Origin: an uncultured delta proteobacterium
Lineage (GTDB): Bacteria; Desulfobacterota; BSN033; UBA1163
Assembly (NCBI GenBank): GCA_963827685.1
Contig: CAWHBU010000007.1
Span: forward strand, 128,001-192,000
Reading direction: 5' to 3'
DNA: 64,000 nt
This document shows, in pieces, positions 38,961 through 48,849 of this stretch. Numbering within the stretch: position 1 is the stretch's first letter; each line of letters begins with the position of its first letter. Position numbers and translations under genes: made by a program. The notes below the pieces were generated by a model that saw only the letters and a list, made by a program, of their open reading frames with translations, had not been told where the DNA came from and ran no database searches.

Positions 38961-41300
38961 TCACTTCCCTTTTTTCCCCTTTTCTTTTTTGTCTTTTTCT
39001 TTTTTTTCTTTCTCTTTCTCTTCCTTTTCCTTCAGAGCTTTCACAATCATTTCAGGCAGTATGGGATTTTCCTTTATCTGCACGCCGAAAGCATGAAAAA
39101 CGGCGTTGCCAATGGCTGCAGCGGTGGGGTTGGTCAGGCCTTCGCCGGCCTCCTTCGCACCGTAGGGTCCCTCCGGCTCGTACGTGTCAATTTCGGCGAC
39201 GGGGACTTCGGGCATCTCTGTGGCACGGATGACTTTGTAGTCCACCAAGTTCGGGTTCATCATCTTGCCGTCCTCAAAGGGCATGTGTTCAAGGTAACCG
39301 TAACCGGCCGCCATGGAGAAAGCCCCCTCGAGCTGACCGATGAGGCCGAGATGGTTGATGGGCTGGCCGCAGTCATGGGCCGTCAGGCTATCGACGAGCT
39401 TGATCTTGCCCGTTTCCTTGTCAATTTCCACCTCCACTCCCTGCAACATATAGCTGTAGGCAGGAGAGATCATGCCTTTTCCGTGAGGCGTGTAATAACC
39501 TCTGCCCGTGATCCTCTGCCCGTCTTTACCGCGGAGAGCCTTTTTGACCAGATCAAAGTAGTCAAAACCCCTTTCCGGGCGGGCAACACTGTGGACCCAT
39601 CTGTTTTTGATGTCGAGGTCGTAGATGATATTAAAACCCGATTGTGCGTAAGCGAATTCAAGAAGCTGTTTCTTTGCATCTTCTGCCGCCATCTTCACGG
39701 CATTGCCCGCCATCAGGGTTTGTCGGGAGCCCCAGGCCCCCAGGTCAGCCGGGCAATGCTCCGTATCACCCGAGTGCACCTTGATGTCCTCCATTTTAAC
39801 ACCCAATGTCTCGGCACAGATAATGGCGAGGGTGGTATTGGAACCCTGCCCCATATCCTGAGCACCCACGTACAGTTCTACGGTTCCATCGTAATTGATG
39901 GTGACCACCGCCGAGGAGAAGGCATAGGGAGTATCGAACCAGTTGAAGATGCCGCCGGACATGAAGCCGCAGGCCGAGACCCCGATGGCTCTATTGGGAG
40001 GCAATTGACCTTTATCCTTGACCCATTTTTGGATCGTGTCGAAACACTGATTCAGGCCGCAGCTTGAGATGGTTGCCTGGCCCGGAACTTCGTAACCTTC
40101 ATAATGGCCGTTCTTCCGCCTCATCTCAATCGGATCAAGGCCTAAGTCCGCGGCGATCCATTCAATCTGCTGCTCTGAACAGAACATGGCCTGGGGGGCG
40201 CCAAAGCCGCGCATGGCCGTAGACGGAAGCGTGTTGGTATAGACCCTGTAGCCATCATACCGATATCCCTTCCACCTATAAGGGAAGGAGTGGAAGAAAC
40301 CGGTGAGGTAAAGGGCTGTTGCACCCATGCCGGTGTAGGCACCGCCGTTGGTGAAAACTTTGGCTTCCCGAGCACAGAAGGTCCCGTCCTTTTTCACGCC
40401 GGTTCGGACATAGTAATACATCGGGGTCCGACGCTTCGTAGCGCTAAATTCTTCTTCTCTCGTGAAGACGATCTTGACCGGTCTGCAGAGTTTCATGGAG
40501 AGCACGGCACTACAGAAGATTGCCCCGTCAAGCTCGAATTTGCCCCCGAAACCGCCCCCTACGTAATGAGAGATGACACGTATGTTCCCCTCTTTCAAAC
40601 CCAACACGCCGGCAAGGAGCGCCTGCATGTAATAAGGGGCCTGAGTAGAATGGTAAGCCGTGAGCTTTCCATCAGGAGTGTAGCTCGACACTGCCGACCG
40701 GGTCTCCATGCACATATGGGCCTGACCGCCGCATTTGAACCAGTCTTCCCGAACGTAGTCCGCTTCTTCAAAGGCCGCCTCCACGTCGCCCCACTCGATA
40801 TGCCGGGTCACGTTGATGTTACGCTCAAAGCCTTCATGGATTTCAGGGGCCTCTTTCTTAATGGCCTCCATCGGCTCGAAAACCGCAGGAAGCACTTCAT
40901 ATTCCACATCAATCAGATTAAGGGCTTGTTCCGCGATCTCCTCGGTCAACGCGGCCACGGCGGCAACCGGTTCGCCGATATAACGTACCTTTTCGACGGT
41001 GAGTATCTGCTCATCGCAGAGATCTTGGTAGCGCCGCCAGATCCCCTGCTTGACCCCAAGGGTGTCCTTGCCTGTCACCACTCCGATCACACCGGGAAAC
41101 TCCAGGGCCTTGTTGGCGTCGATGTTCAGGATTTTGGCATGGGGATGCGGACTGCGCAGAATCTTACCGTAGAGCATGCCGGGTAGTTTTACGTCGAAGG
41201 TATAGATTGCCCGGCCTGTCACCTTCGCAATTCCGTCCACATTGTGAACGTGGGTATTGATGATCGTGAATTTATTCTTAGCCGGACTCGTGCTTGTCAT
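38961..41300 (-). CDS. xanthine-dehydrogenase-family molybdopterin subunit (4-hydroxybenzoyl-CoA reductase alpha-like)
   Basis: KVTGRAIY, HMCMETR, GGGFGGK, AMRGFGAPQ, MGQGSNT, GAWGSRQT, GQLEG, GAKEAGEG. Confidence 0.85.
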   Translation of the reverse strand: MTSTSPAKNKFTIINTHVHNVDGIAKVTGRAIYTFDVKLPGMLYGKILRSPHPHAKILNIDANKALEFPGVIGVVTGKDTLGVKQGIWRRYQDLCDEQILTVEKVRYIGEPVAAVAALTEEIAEQALNLIDVEYEVLPAVFEPMEAIKKEAPEIHEGFERNINVTRHIEWGDVEAAFEEADYVREDWFKCGGQAHMCMETRSAVSSYTPDGKLTAYHSTQAPYYMQALLAGVLGLKEGNIRVISHYVGGGFGGKFELDGAIFCSAVLSMKLCRPVKIVFTREEEFSATKRRTPMYYYVRTGVKKDGTFCAREAKVFTNGGAYTGMGATALYLTGFFHSFPYRWKGYRYDGYRVYTNTLPSTAMRGFGAPQAMFCSEQQIEWIAADLGLDPIEMRRKNGHYEGYEVPGQATISSCGLNQCFDTIQKWVKDKGQLPPNRAIGVSACGFMSGGIFNWFDTPYAFSSAVVTINYDGTVELYVGAQDMGQGSNTTLAIICAETLGVKMEDIKVHSGDTEHCPADLGAWGSRQTLMAGNAVKMAAEDAKKQLLEFAYAQSGFNIIYDLDIKNRWVHSVARPERGFDYFDLVKKALRGKDGQRITGRGYYTPHGKGMISPAYSYMLQGVEVEIDKETGKIKLVDSLTAHDCGQPINHLGLIGQLEGAFSMAAGYGYLEHMPFEDGKMMNPNLVDYKVIRATEMPEVPVAEIDTYEPEGPYGAKEAGEGLTNPTAAAIGNAVFHAFGVQIKENPILPEMIVKALKEKEEKEKEKKEKDKKEKGKKGK

Positions 41301-41782
41301 TATCCCACCTCCCTGTAATCACCTTTTGCCACCGCCTCAATCGCCCGGACAATGCTGTTGTAGCCTGTGCAACGGCAGATATTTCCTTCGATCCCCTCTC
41401 TGATCTCCTCCTTGGTGGGAGCTGGGTTTTCTTTCAAGAGTGCCTCACATGACATCAGCATACCCGAGGTACAGAAGCCGCACTGGTAAGAACCATGGTC
41501 GAGGAAGGCCTTCTGGATCGGTGCCAGCTTGCCGTTCTTCTCAAGCCCCTCCACCGTTGTGATATGCCTTCCCTCTGCTTGCACTGCAAGAACGGAGCAC
41601 GATTTGACCGCCATACCATCGATCAGCACTGTGCAGGCCCCGCAGGAGACCGTATCGCAGCCCCTCTTGGTTCCGGTCAGACCAATATGGTCTCGGATGA
41701 CCTCCACAAGAAGGGTTTTTGGATTTATGGTAAGCTCATGTTTTTGGCCATTCACCGTCAATGTTAGTAGACGCTTTTCCAT
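41300..41782 (-). CDS. 2x[2Fe-2S] small subunit (CoxS/HcrC-like)
   Basis: GCDTVSCGACTV, QCGFCT, NICRCTGY. Confidence 0.92.
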   Translation of the reverse strand: MEKRLLTLTVNGQKHELTINPKTLLVEVIRDHIGLTGTKRGCDTVSCGACTVLIDGMAVKSCSVLAVQAEGRHITTVEGLEKNGKLAPIQKAFLDHGSYQCGFCTSGMLMSCEALLKENPAPTKEEIREGIEGNICRCTGYNSIVRAIEAVAKGDYREVG

Positions 41783-41847
41783 GTTGTCAGACCCTCCTTT
41801 ACTTTAACCTCAACGTTGCAGAAAAACATCAAAACATACTCGGTGGG

Positions 41848-41991
41848 GACACTGACAAAGCCTTGTAGCGGAACCTTTTGAATGCTAACCACCATGGCTC
41901 ATCGACTCAGATGGACTTCACTCTTGCTGAGGTCCTCAATAACCCTCTAAATTCTAATAAAACCCGCATTACAAGGCTTTGGAAGTGGCCC
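41848..41991. repeat. MITE-like element with imperfect IRs inside the operon
   Basis: GACACTGACAAAGCCTTGTA..TACAAGGCTTTGGAAGTGGC. Confidence 0.55.
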
Positions 41992-42023
41992 GCCGGGTCT
42001 GCCTAATGCAACTGTTATGTTAA

Positions 42024-42893
42024 CTAAGCAGCCTGTTCCCACGCCCGCTTTACCATGCGTTTTGTCAGGACTTTGATCAGATGACGTCTATACTCTTCAG
42101 AGGCATGGATATCGGAAACGGGATCGGCTTCGCCGGCAGCGGCCTCCCCTGCTTCTTCGAGAAGCTTATCAGCAAGCTTTTTACCCTTCAGCACTTGCTC
42201 CGCATTCTTTGCCCGAATCGGGATGACCCCTGCATTGCCGAGCACGATCCGCGCCTCCTGGCAGGCCCCGCTCTGGTCTACCGTCACCGTTGAGGCGACT
42301 CCAACGATTCCCTGGTCATTTCCGATGAGGTTGAATTTCGTGTAGGCCGTTGCCGTCCGCGACCGAACAGGGGGGACCTGAACCTCCACCATCAGCTCAT
42401 CGTTGTTCATGGCGTTTTCGAAGAAGCCGGTGTAGAATTCCTCGAGGGGCATGACCCTGCTCCCTTTGGAGGAGGCCAGCTTGATCTTCGCATTCAACGC
42501 GATGAGAGAGGGTGCAAGATCACCCGCCTGGGCATCGCCATGGGCGAGGTTGCCGGCGATACTCCCCCAGTTACGAATCTGGATGGAGGCAACCTTCTTT
42601 TCTATGTCAACGAGAATGGGACATTTCTGTTTGATCAGCTCTGATTTTTCGATGCTTCGGTGGGTCGTGGTCGCGCCTATTTTAAGACCTTCTTTTTCGT
42701 CGTAGGTAATGTAGCTCAACTCATCCAGCCCTTTAATATCGATCAAGTAGTCCGTCACGACCATCCCCTGCCGCATCACGACGAGCAAGGATTGCCCGCC
42801 GCAGATAATTTTGCACTCTTCCTTGTGGTCAGCGAGCATGGACAGTGCTTCCTGAAGCGTGCTGGGTTTAAGGTAAGCAAAATCGTGGATCAT
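42024..42893 (-). CDS. FAD-binding medium subunit (CoxM-like)
   Basis: GGQSL, QIRNWGSIAGNLAH, DIHASEEYRR; no Cys-rich HcrB [4Fe-4S] insert. Confidence 0.9.
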   Translation of the reverse strand: MIHDFAYLKPSTLQEALSMLADHKEECKIICGGQSLLVVMRQGMVVTDYLIDIKGLDELSYITYDEKEGLKIGATTTHRSIEKSELIKQKCPILVDIEKKVASIQIRNWGSIAGNLAHGDAQAGDLAPSLIALNAKIKLASSKGSRVMPLEEFYTGFFENAMNNDELMVEVQVPPVRSRTATAYTKFNLIGNDQGIVGVASTVTVDQSGACQEARIVLGNAGVIPIRAKNAEQVLKGKKLADKLLEEAGEAAAGEADPVSDIHASEEYRRHLIKVLTKRMVKRAWEQAA

Positions 42894-43174
42894 GCTTCTC
42901 TCCTTTCCTTAAGTCCTGCAAAATCCTCGTTTTCTATCAGATCCTCCACATTAGAAATCACCGAGGAGCTGAGCGAAATATCAGTCGGCATCCCAAAGGT
43001 CTTATCGTGGCTTCCATCAGAGTTCCGGTACTCCACAATCGAGTATCGAGTCATCTCCCATTCAGATCCACGAAGCGCTTTCGCAAAACAGAGATAGAAG
43101 TGTCTCCCCCTGAAAATGGGACACTCTGTACACACCTGGTGTGTAAAAGGACAAGCCATTGCTATTTTTGCCAT
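42890..43174 (-). CDS. small Cys-rich hypothetical protein
   Basis: CPF..CTEC..RGRH..LC; overlaps the FAD subunit start (ATGA). Confidence 0.65.
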   Translation of the reverse strand: MAKIAMACPFTHQVCTECPIFRGRHFYLCFAKALRGSEWEMTRYSIVEYRNSDGSHDKTFGMPTDISLSSSVISNVEDLIENEDFAGLKERREA

Positions 43175-43688
43175 ACCTTTTCCTTAGCCCACGAATCCCT
43201 ACGTTCAATATCCTGAAACCATTTTTTGCTCACTGCGCCCGCTCTTTGCGGTGGGCCAATTAGGGCGAACTCTTGAAAATCATAATAAGAAGAAATCTCA
43301 TATAAAACCTGGTTCAATATCATTGAAAGAGCGAGAGGTTTCACGAGACCATCAATTATAACTTTGGCTAAAAAATCGCCTCCTGTCAAGATAACAAGAT
43401 AATTTGTTGAAAAAACGTTCTGAAAGAAATAAAGGTCGTTCATTATATTGAACGCATCCTCGTATCGATTGAAGCTTCCCTCCCATCCCGTTAGGACGGG
43501 ACAGGCACGGCGGGGCCGTTCGACAGATCTCACGGCCCTGAGCATGTCGAAGGGCTTCCCGGCAAGGTATTATCGTTCATATTGTGCCCCTTTACCCCGC
43601 CTATCCCCCTTTGGCGGGACGGGGCACGTTCCGGCCAAAGGGCGACTGTTTTTCCCGCAGGGAGAAAAGTCCTCGCCCTTTTTTAAAC

Positions 43689-45299
43689 TTACCGCTTGGG
43701 GATGGGTAGCTCCTTGGGACTCTTCCAATCTTTGAGCGGCTTCATCCACTCTGCCCTCTCTACAAACTCGTCATGGGCTAAAGGTACCGGCGGGTGGCAA
43801 ACCCAAAGCGGATCAAATTCATTCTTTACCTTCAGGAGCCACTCATGATAGTTCGGTCCATACATCGGCCCTGTTAAGTACAGGGGTTGGTGAGGTCCTA
43901 AAAGGGAGGTATAATAACGTCCCTTGATATTCATCTTCGATGTCTCCAAATAGAAGTGGTCCACACCGGTCGTATCCTCATCCTGATCCCAGTAGATAAG
44001 AAATTCAGAATAACCCTGATGTCCCAGCTCGAAGCTCTGGAACCAGCCGGGGTCGCCATAATCCGGCATCAGGGGAGGCGTATATTTTTTCTTCAGTTCC
44101 GCATAACTCTCCCCGTGCACGGTAGCCTGCGAAAGCGTCTCGATCACATAGTCCACTGAAACATACGACCCACACATCAACCACATCCCAGCGGAATCGG
44201 CATTCTTGATCCAGGATTCATCCGAAGGCTTGGTCCGCTGAGCAATGCCGCCTAACTCCTTCATGATGTCATTTAAGACATTCTCATCGTACTTCATCTG
44301 CTCCTCAGAGGTAAACCCAATCAGCAAGACTCGCACGATATGGAAGTTTTTGATCGTATCCTCATTCTCTTTGCCCCATAGATTCCAGAATTCCTCCTTG
44401 CATTCTGCCTTCGCAATGGCCCGCCAGAAGAGGGGGACCTTGGTAACTGCACCTGCAATTTCTGCCTTCCCTATCTCAAACATCGCTTTGATCTGGGTGG
44501 CCTTATTGGGCACCTGGAAATTAATCCATTTGACCCGCTTCTCCGGAAGTTTCAGTCCGGTGTTCGGTGAAATACCGGTGGGTTCAAGTCGTTCCGGTTG
44601 AAAAGGAAGTATTTTGATAGCCATTTTCGTAACAATACCGAGACAGCCCCGCAAGCCCGTGAAGCCTCTCAGAAGACCTCTTAAGTCAGGACCCGGTCCG
44701 TCACCCCAGAAAGGGTCGCTACCGTTTGCCAGAGACCCCATTCTCACCACCTCGCCATCGGGTAGAACAAGCTCCGTGCCAAGGATACGCCTGTGGGGCA
44801 ACCCGATCCGGTGACTTAATGGGGACCAGCCGTCACCGATCAGATTGGCGATGGCTGATGCCTGCGCCCCGCCTCCACCGATAATGACATAAGCCCCTCT
44901 CTTCATGGCCTCTTCTTGAATTGGCGAGTAGACAACCCCAGGGCCGACCACGATATAAAAGTGTTTTTCGTCTATCTCAAAGTCGTTCATCCGTTTCAGG
45001 TCGATCAGCAACTCATTTTCCACATGGCAGTGCGAACGGGGCCCGTAGAAACCCGTGCTGTAGGGCACATATGGTACCTTGTAGCGGTTACAGATCTTCA
45101 CGATCTTCTGGACCTCTTCCGTCGTCCTCGGCAGGATGACGGCGCCGGGGATTTTGGTCATCACCCGCTCGTACCCAAGGCCGGACTCGTATCCGCCGGG
45201 CCCTGACCGGTAGCCTTCGCAGATGGCCGGATCATCGGAGATATACCGTGAACCAACCGTCGATTCCAATGCGCTATATGCCTCTTGATGTATACTCAT
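43689..45299 (-). CDS. FAD-binding oxidoreductase (FAD_binding_4/GlcD-like)
   Basis: PRTTEEVQKIVKICN, IDLKRMN, GPDL..GCLGIVTK, VKNEFDP. Confidence 0.82.
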   Translation of the reverse strand: MSIHQEAYSALESTVGSRYISDDPAICEGYRSGPGGYESGLGYERVMTKIPGAVILPRTTEEVQKIVKICNRYKVPYVPYSTGFYGPRSHCHVENELLIDLKRMNDFEIDEKHFYIVVGPGVVYSPIQEEAMKRGAYVIIGGGGAQASAIANLIGDGWSPLSHRIGLPHRRILGTELVLPDGEVVRMGSLANGSDPFWGDGPGPDLRGLLRGFTGLRGCLGIVTKMAIKILPFQPERLEPTGISPNTGLKLPEKRVKWINFQVPNKATQIKAMFEIGKAEIAGAVTKVPLFWRAIAKAECKEEFWNLWGKENEDTIKNFHIVRVLLIGFTSEEQMKYDENVLNDIMKELGGIAQRTKPSDESWIKNADSAGMWLMCGSYVSVDYVIETLSQATVHGESYAELKKKYTPPLMPDYGDPGWFQSFELGHQGYSEFLIYWDQDEDTTGVDHFYLETSKMNIKGRYYTSLLGPHQPLYLTGPMYGPNYHEWLLKVKNEFDPLWVCHPPVPLAHDEFVERAEWMKPLKDWKSPKELPIPKR

Positions 45300-45311
45300 G
45301 GTCACCCTCCT

Positions 45312-46628
45312 TTACATTCCGACTGAAGCAAGAATGATCTCTGATATATCCATTACCTTCACGTTGTCCCCGTTCTCCTTGACGGCCTTGGAAAAATTGC
45401 TTTTGCACCAGGGGCAGGCGGAAACGAGAACTTCGGCGCTCACCTCTCTGACCTCTTCCAGCCGATGCTTTGCAGAAAATGAAGCGAGTTCCGGAAAGGC
45501 CTCCTGGGTGCCCCTCCCCGCTCCACAGCAAAAGGCATTTTCCCTGGTCCTTGGCATTTCAACAAACGTGGCGCCAGGGATGGCATTCAATATGTTTCTT
45601 GTTGCCGTGTACAACCCGGATGTGCCGCGCCGCCTCTTGAGGGGCGGATCCACGGTACCCATCCAACCCCGCTCACCGCTATAGGGCGTCCAGGGGTCAG
45701 CAAGCCTGCTCACGCCGCATGAATCGTGGTAGGTGAAACGAATGTCAACAGGTTTCTTCAATTTGAGACTGCCACGTTGAATGGCCTCATCGGCTAATTC
45801 GATCAGGTGTATGACCTTGAAACCGAGATTGGATGTGGCGATGTTAAGCATCTTCGGATAATCCACCTTCCACATCCGGTAACCTTCGGCGCAGCTCGTT
45901 ACCAATGTCTTTGCCCCTGCGGCTCGCACCGCCTCAACATTGCGTTTGGCAAGCTCTTTGGCTTCATCGATCATACCGACGGAATAGAGCGTATTGCCAC
46001 AGCACCATTCGTCCGGCATGAGCATAAACTTGTTGCCCGAGGCATTCAACACCTTTGCCGTAGCGCGAGCGATGTCAGGGTTGACATAAGAGGCTGAACA
46101 TCCGACAAAGTAGAGCAAGTCTGCCTTCTCTGCAACCTGAATGTCTTTGGTTAACCACTTTTTCCTGTTTTCATGGGGCGATCCGAACTGGTTATGTTTC
46201 TCGGCAATGTTTTTTGCAATCCTCTTATGGGCGGGCATGGGACCTGCCCCATCTTTGACCGCTTTTATCCTTAACGCCTCAAGTGTCAACCCTATTTCCA
46301 GGTCAAGATTACGCTTGCAGCCCACATCGCAGGCCCCACACAGTGGATCAGCGTAGATGATCTCCAGGAGTTTATCGGTCCATTTCAGCTTTCCTTCTGC
46401 AATGGCGGTCCCGATCCTCATCTTCCCAAAGGCGCCGTAAGAGTCAAAGTCATTCCAGGTGTTGCTGGGGCACCGGGTGGAGAATTTCACCCCGGGCATA
46501 TAGGTATGTTCGACCCAGTAGCAGCCCTTACACTTGATGCACCGGCTCATGTCGTACACAAAATTATCTAAATTGGTCACATCCAAACTAATTTTCTTTT
46601 TTGGCGTATCGTAACGATCTTTTGGCAT
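45312..46628 (-). CDS. Fe-S/CCG-domain protein (GlcF/HdrD-like)
   Basis: CIKCKGC, CGACDVGC, FVGC, WCCG, YHDSC, FCCGAG, ACPWC. Confidence 0.87.
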   Translation of the reverse strand: MPKDRYDTPKKKISLDVTNLDNFVYDMSRCIKCKGCYWVEHTYMPGVKFSTRCPSNTWNDFDSYGAFGKMRIGTAIAEGKLKWTDKLLEIIYADPLCGACDVGCKRNLDLEIGLTLEALRIKAVKDGAGPMPAHKRIAKNIAEKHNQFGSPHENRKKWLTKDIQVAEKADLLYFVGCSASYVNPDIARATAKVLNASGNKFMLMPDEWCCGNTLYSVGMIDEAKELAKRNVEAVRAAGAKTLVTSCAEGYRMWKVDYPKMLNIATSNLGFKVIHLIELADEAIQRGSLKLKKPVDIRFTYHDSCGVSRLADPWTPYSGERGWMGTVDPPLKRRRGTSGLYTATRNILNAIPGATFVEMPRTRENAFCCGAGRGTQEAFPELASFSAKHRLEEVREVSAEVLVSACPWCKSNFSKAVKENGDNVKVMDISEIILASVGM

Positions 46629-46638
46629 CTTGTCCTCC

Positions 46639-48097
46639 TTAGAAGCACAGATTTCCAGGGTTCATGATATTCTTGGGATCAAACACACCCTTGACCCGTT
46701 TCAATGTCATGGTATAGTTTGCCGCGCGATCATATACCATCGACGCCAGTTCTCCGTATGGCCTTGTAAAAAAAGCTCCTTCATTCATCATGCTGGTGGC
46801 CGCCTCACGATATAAATCAGCCACCAGGGTCTCTTTCGGCCGCATTCGCCGGGTCATAGAAAAAGCTGAACTCAACCTGACAGGCACGGTTATGTTCGAT
46901 GGGCTGGATATAGCTCCCGATATCATTGACAGGGTAACCGTATTGAGCAGCCACAAACGCCATGATATCGATAAACATCGGTGCCTGCTCAGGTTTGGTA
47001 ATGAAGAAGAGGTTCTGGCACCCACCTTTCACGCGGTTTTTCCAGTAGGGAACCTCCGTGGGCCAGGGCGCCCTCAGCATGGGTAACAGCTTTCTCCCCA
47101 ACCCTGGGAAACCAGGAAGGTTGTCTGTAAGAGCCACCTTGGAAAACTCGTTCTTCAATACTTCTTTGAGGAAATTTTCCTCATACGCGATCTTCTCTTC
47201 AGGTCTTCTCAGAAGCCCGCTGATCACCAAAACGAGCGTCCATGGCGGGAGCTGCGAACGGAGCTTCTCGAAATCTCCAGGCGTCTTCTCCGCAACGATC
47301 GCAGCAAGGTCGATGTGATTCAGAAGAAGGCATTCCTGGCCTATTCTCCGCGGCAGAATCCTGTAGAGGAAGTCTAAAGCATACGGCAGATCGTCTATGG
47401 GTGCAAAGTAAACCTTATCTATCTTCGGGATCGACTCCATCTTCAAGCTCATCCAGGTGACAATACCCATGGTCCCCTGGGCCCCCTGAACAAACCGGTA
47501 AAAATCGAGGCCGGGTCCGGACGGGCTTGCCCCTCTCGATTTCGAATCAGGAAAACCATTGACGCTGGCAGAGCCGCACCTGAAAATTTCACCCGTCGGC
47601 CAGACCACCTCAACGGACTGCATGGGTTCACCGTAGTCATAGACGGTATTGGTCGGCACCTCCCGTTCAAGAGTGTCGGTCAGCACGGAGCGGTCCCCAC
47701 ATGGCAGCAGCGGCATGATGACTCGCATCCCCTTTTTCTCCAACTCGCTCGTCAGTTGCTTCCAGGTCACGCCGGCTTCAAACCGTACCAGACGATTATC
47801 TGTATCCATTTCCAAAATCTTGTTCATCCTGGTGAGATCAACCACGATTCCGCCTTGTTTGGGTATGGTGCATCCGTAGAAGTGGACTTTCGAGCTAACA
47901 GGAACGATGGGGATATTCTTTTCACCACACCATTTTACAATTTTCCCTACCTCTTCTGAGTTCCCCGGCCATACTACGGCATCGGCCATTCCCGGAGGAA
48001 GAAGGCTCTGATCCCGGGAATACTTCAAAAGATCATCCTTTGAGTCACTGACATTGCCCTTTCCCACAATCTTCCCCAATTCATCCTTCGCTTTCAT
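46639..48097 (-). pseudogene. FAD-binding oxidoreductase with frameshift near 46835
   Basis: ORF 46817-48097 lacks the terminal KGVFDPKNIMNPG, which is in frame in ORF 46639-47025. Confidence 0.8.
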
Positions 48098-48329
48098 TTT
48101 CCCTCCTTCTTCTTAAGCTTCGTTTCTGCCATTTCTCCTTGCTCAATTTTTTTGCCATGGTGTGCCGCGGTCACCATTCAAATATACCATACCATATCTG
48201 AAAAAAAAGTCAATACATAAAATATCAATAATAATACTGTCAATACATTTATTTTCTTGTGTGCAGGCCAGCAAATTGATATAATATTTAATTTATATTA
48301 TTGAAACATTACTCTGTTGAGGTGAGGAG

Positions 48330-48791
48330 ATGGAAAGAATGACCTATCGAAGCGACCAAAACCTTGATGAGAATATCATGATGGCAGTGGTGAGAGCCGC
48401 AGAGACTTTTAAGAGAATGGTATCTGCGATTTTTCGGAAGTACGACCTCTCTTTCCCGCAGTACAATATCCTGAGGGTCCTGGATGCTTCAAAGGACGGC
48501 CAAAGCAGAATCACCGACGTCAGCCGAATCATGCTCGTCCCGGGTGCCAACATGACCGGATTAGCCAAGAGGTTGGAAAAGAACGGCTTTATCGCCAGAA
48601 AATCCGATCCCAGTGATGAGCGGGTAACCGTACTCGAGATTATGCCAAAAGGAAAAAAGGTGCTGGTAAACATAGAAAAGGAACGCGACGATTACCTGCA
48701 TGCGATGTTAAAGGGTTTTCCCGAACAGGAAAAGCGCGAGATTCTGGAAAAGGTTAAGCGACTGATCAAGAACAGCAGGGAGATAGCGTAA
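48330..48791 (+). CDS. MarR family regulator, divergent from the catabolic operon
   Basis: LSFPQYNILRVL, RLEKNGFI, DER. Confidence 0.9.
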   Translation: MERMTYRSDQNLDENIMMAVVRAAETFKRMVSAIFRKYDLSFPQYNILRVLDASKDGQSRITDVSRIMLVPGANMTGLAKRLEKNGFIARKSDPSDERVTVLEIMPKGKKVLVNIEKERDDYLHAMLKGFPEQEKREILEKVKRLIKNSREIA

Positions 48792-48849
48792 GGACTTCTA
48801 TCTCTGTTGCAGAAGAAGATTCGGTAGGTAGGGGAGTTTAGAAAAGGGA

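Noticed and set aside
39093-41186. Long + strand ORFs 39093-40067 and 40290-41186 (also 24714-25613 and 11427-12137 on the minus strand)
   Set aside because: Antisense shadows of well-supported genes with no motifs
48209-48248. GTCAATACAT direct repeat as a novel element
   Set aside because: Lies between marR and the divergent operon; most simply -35 boxes or MarR operators
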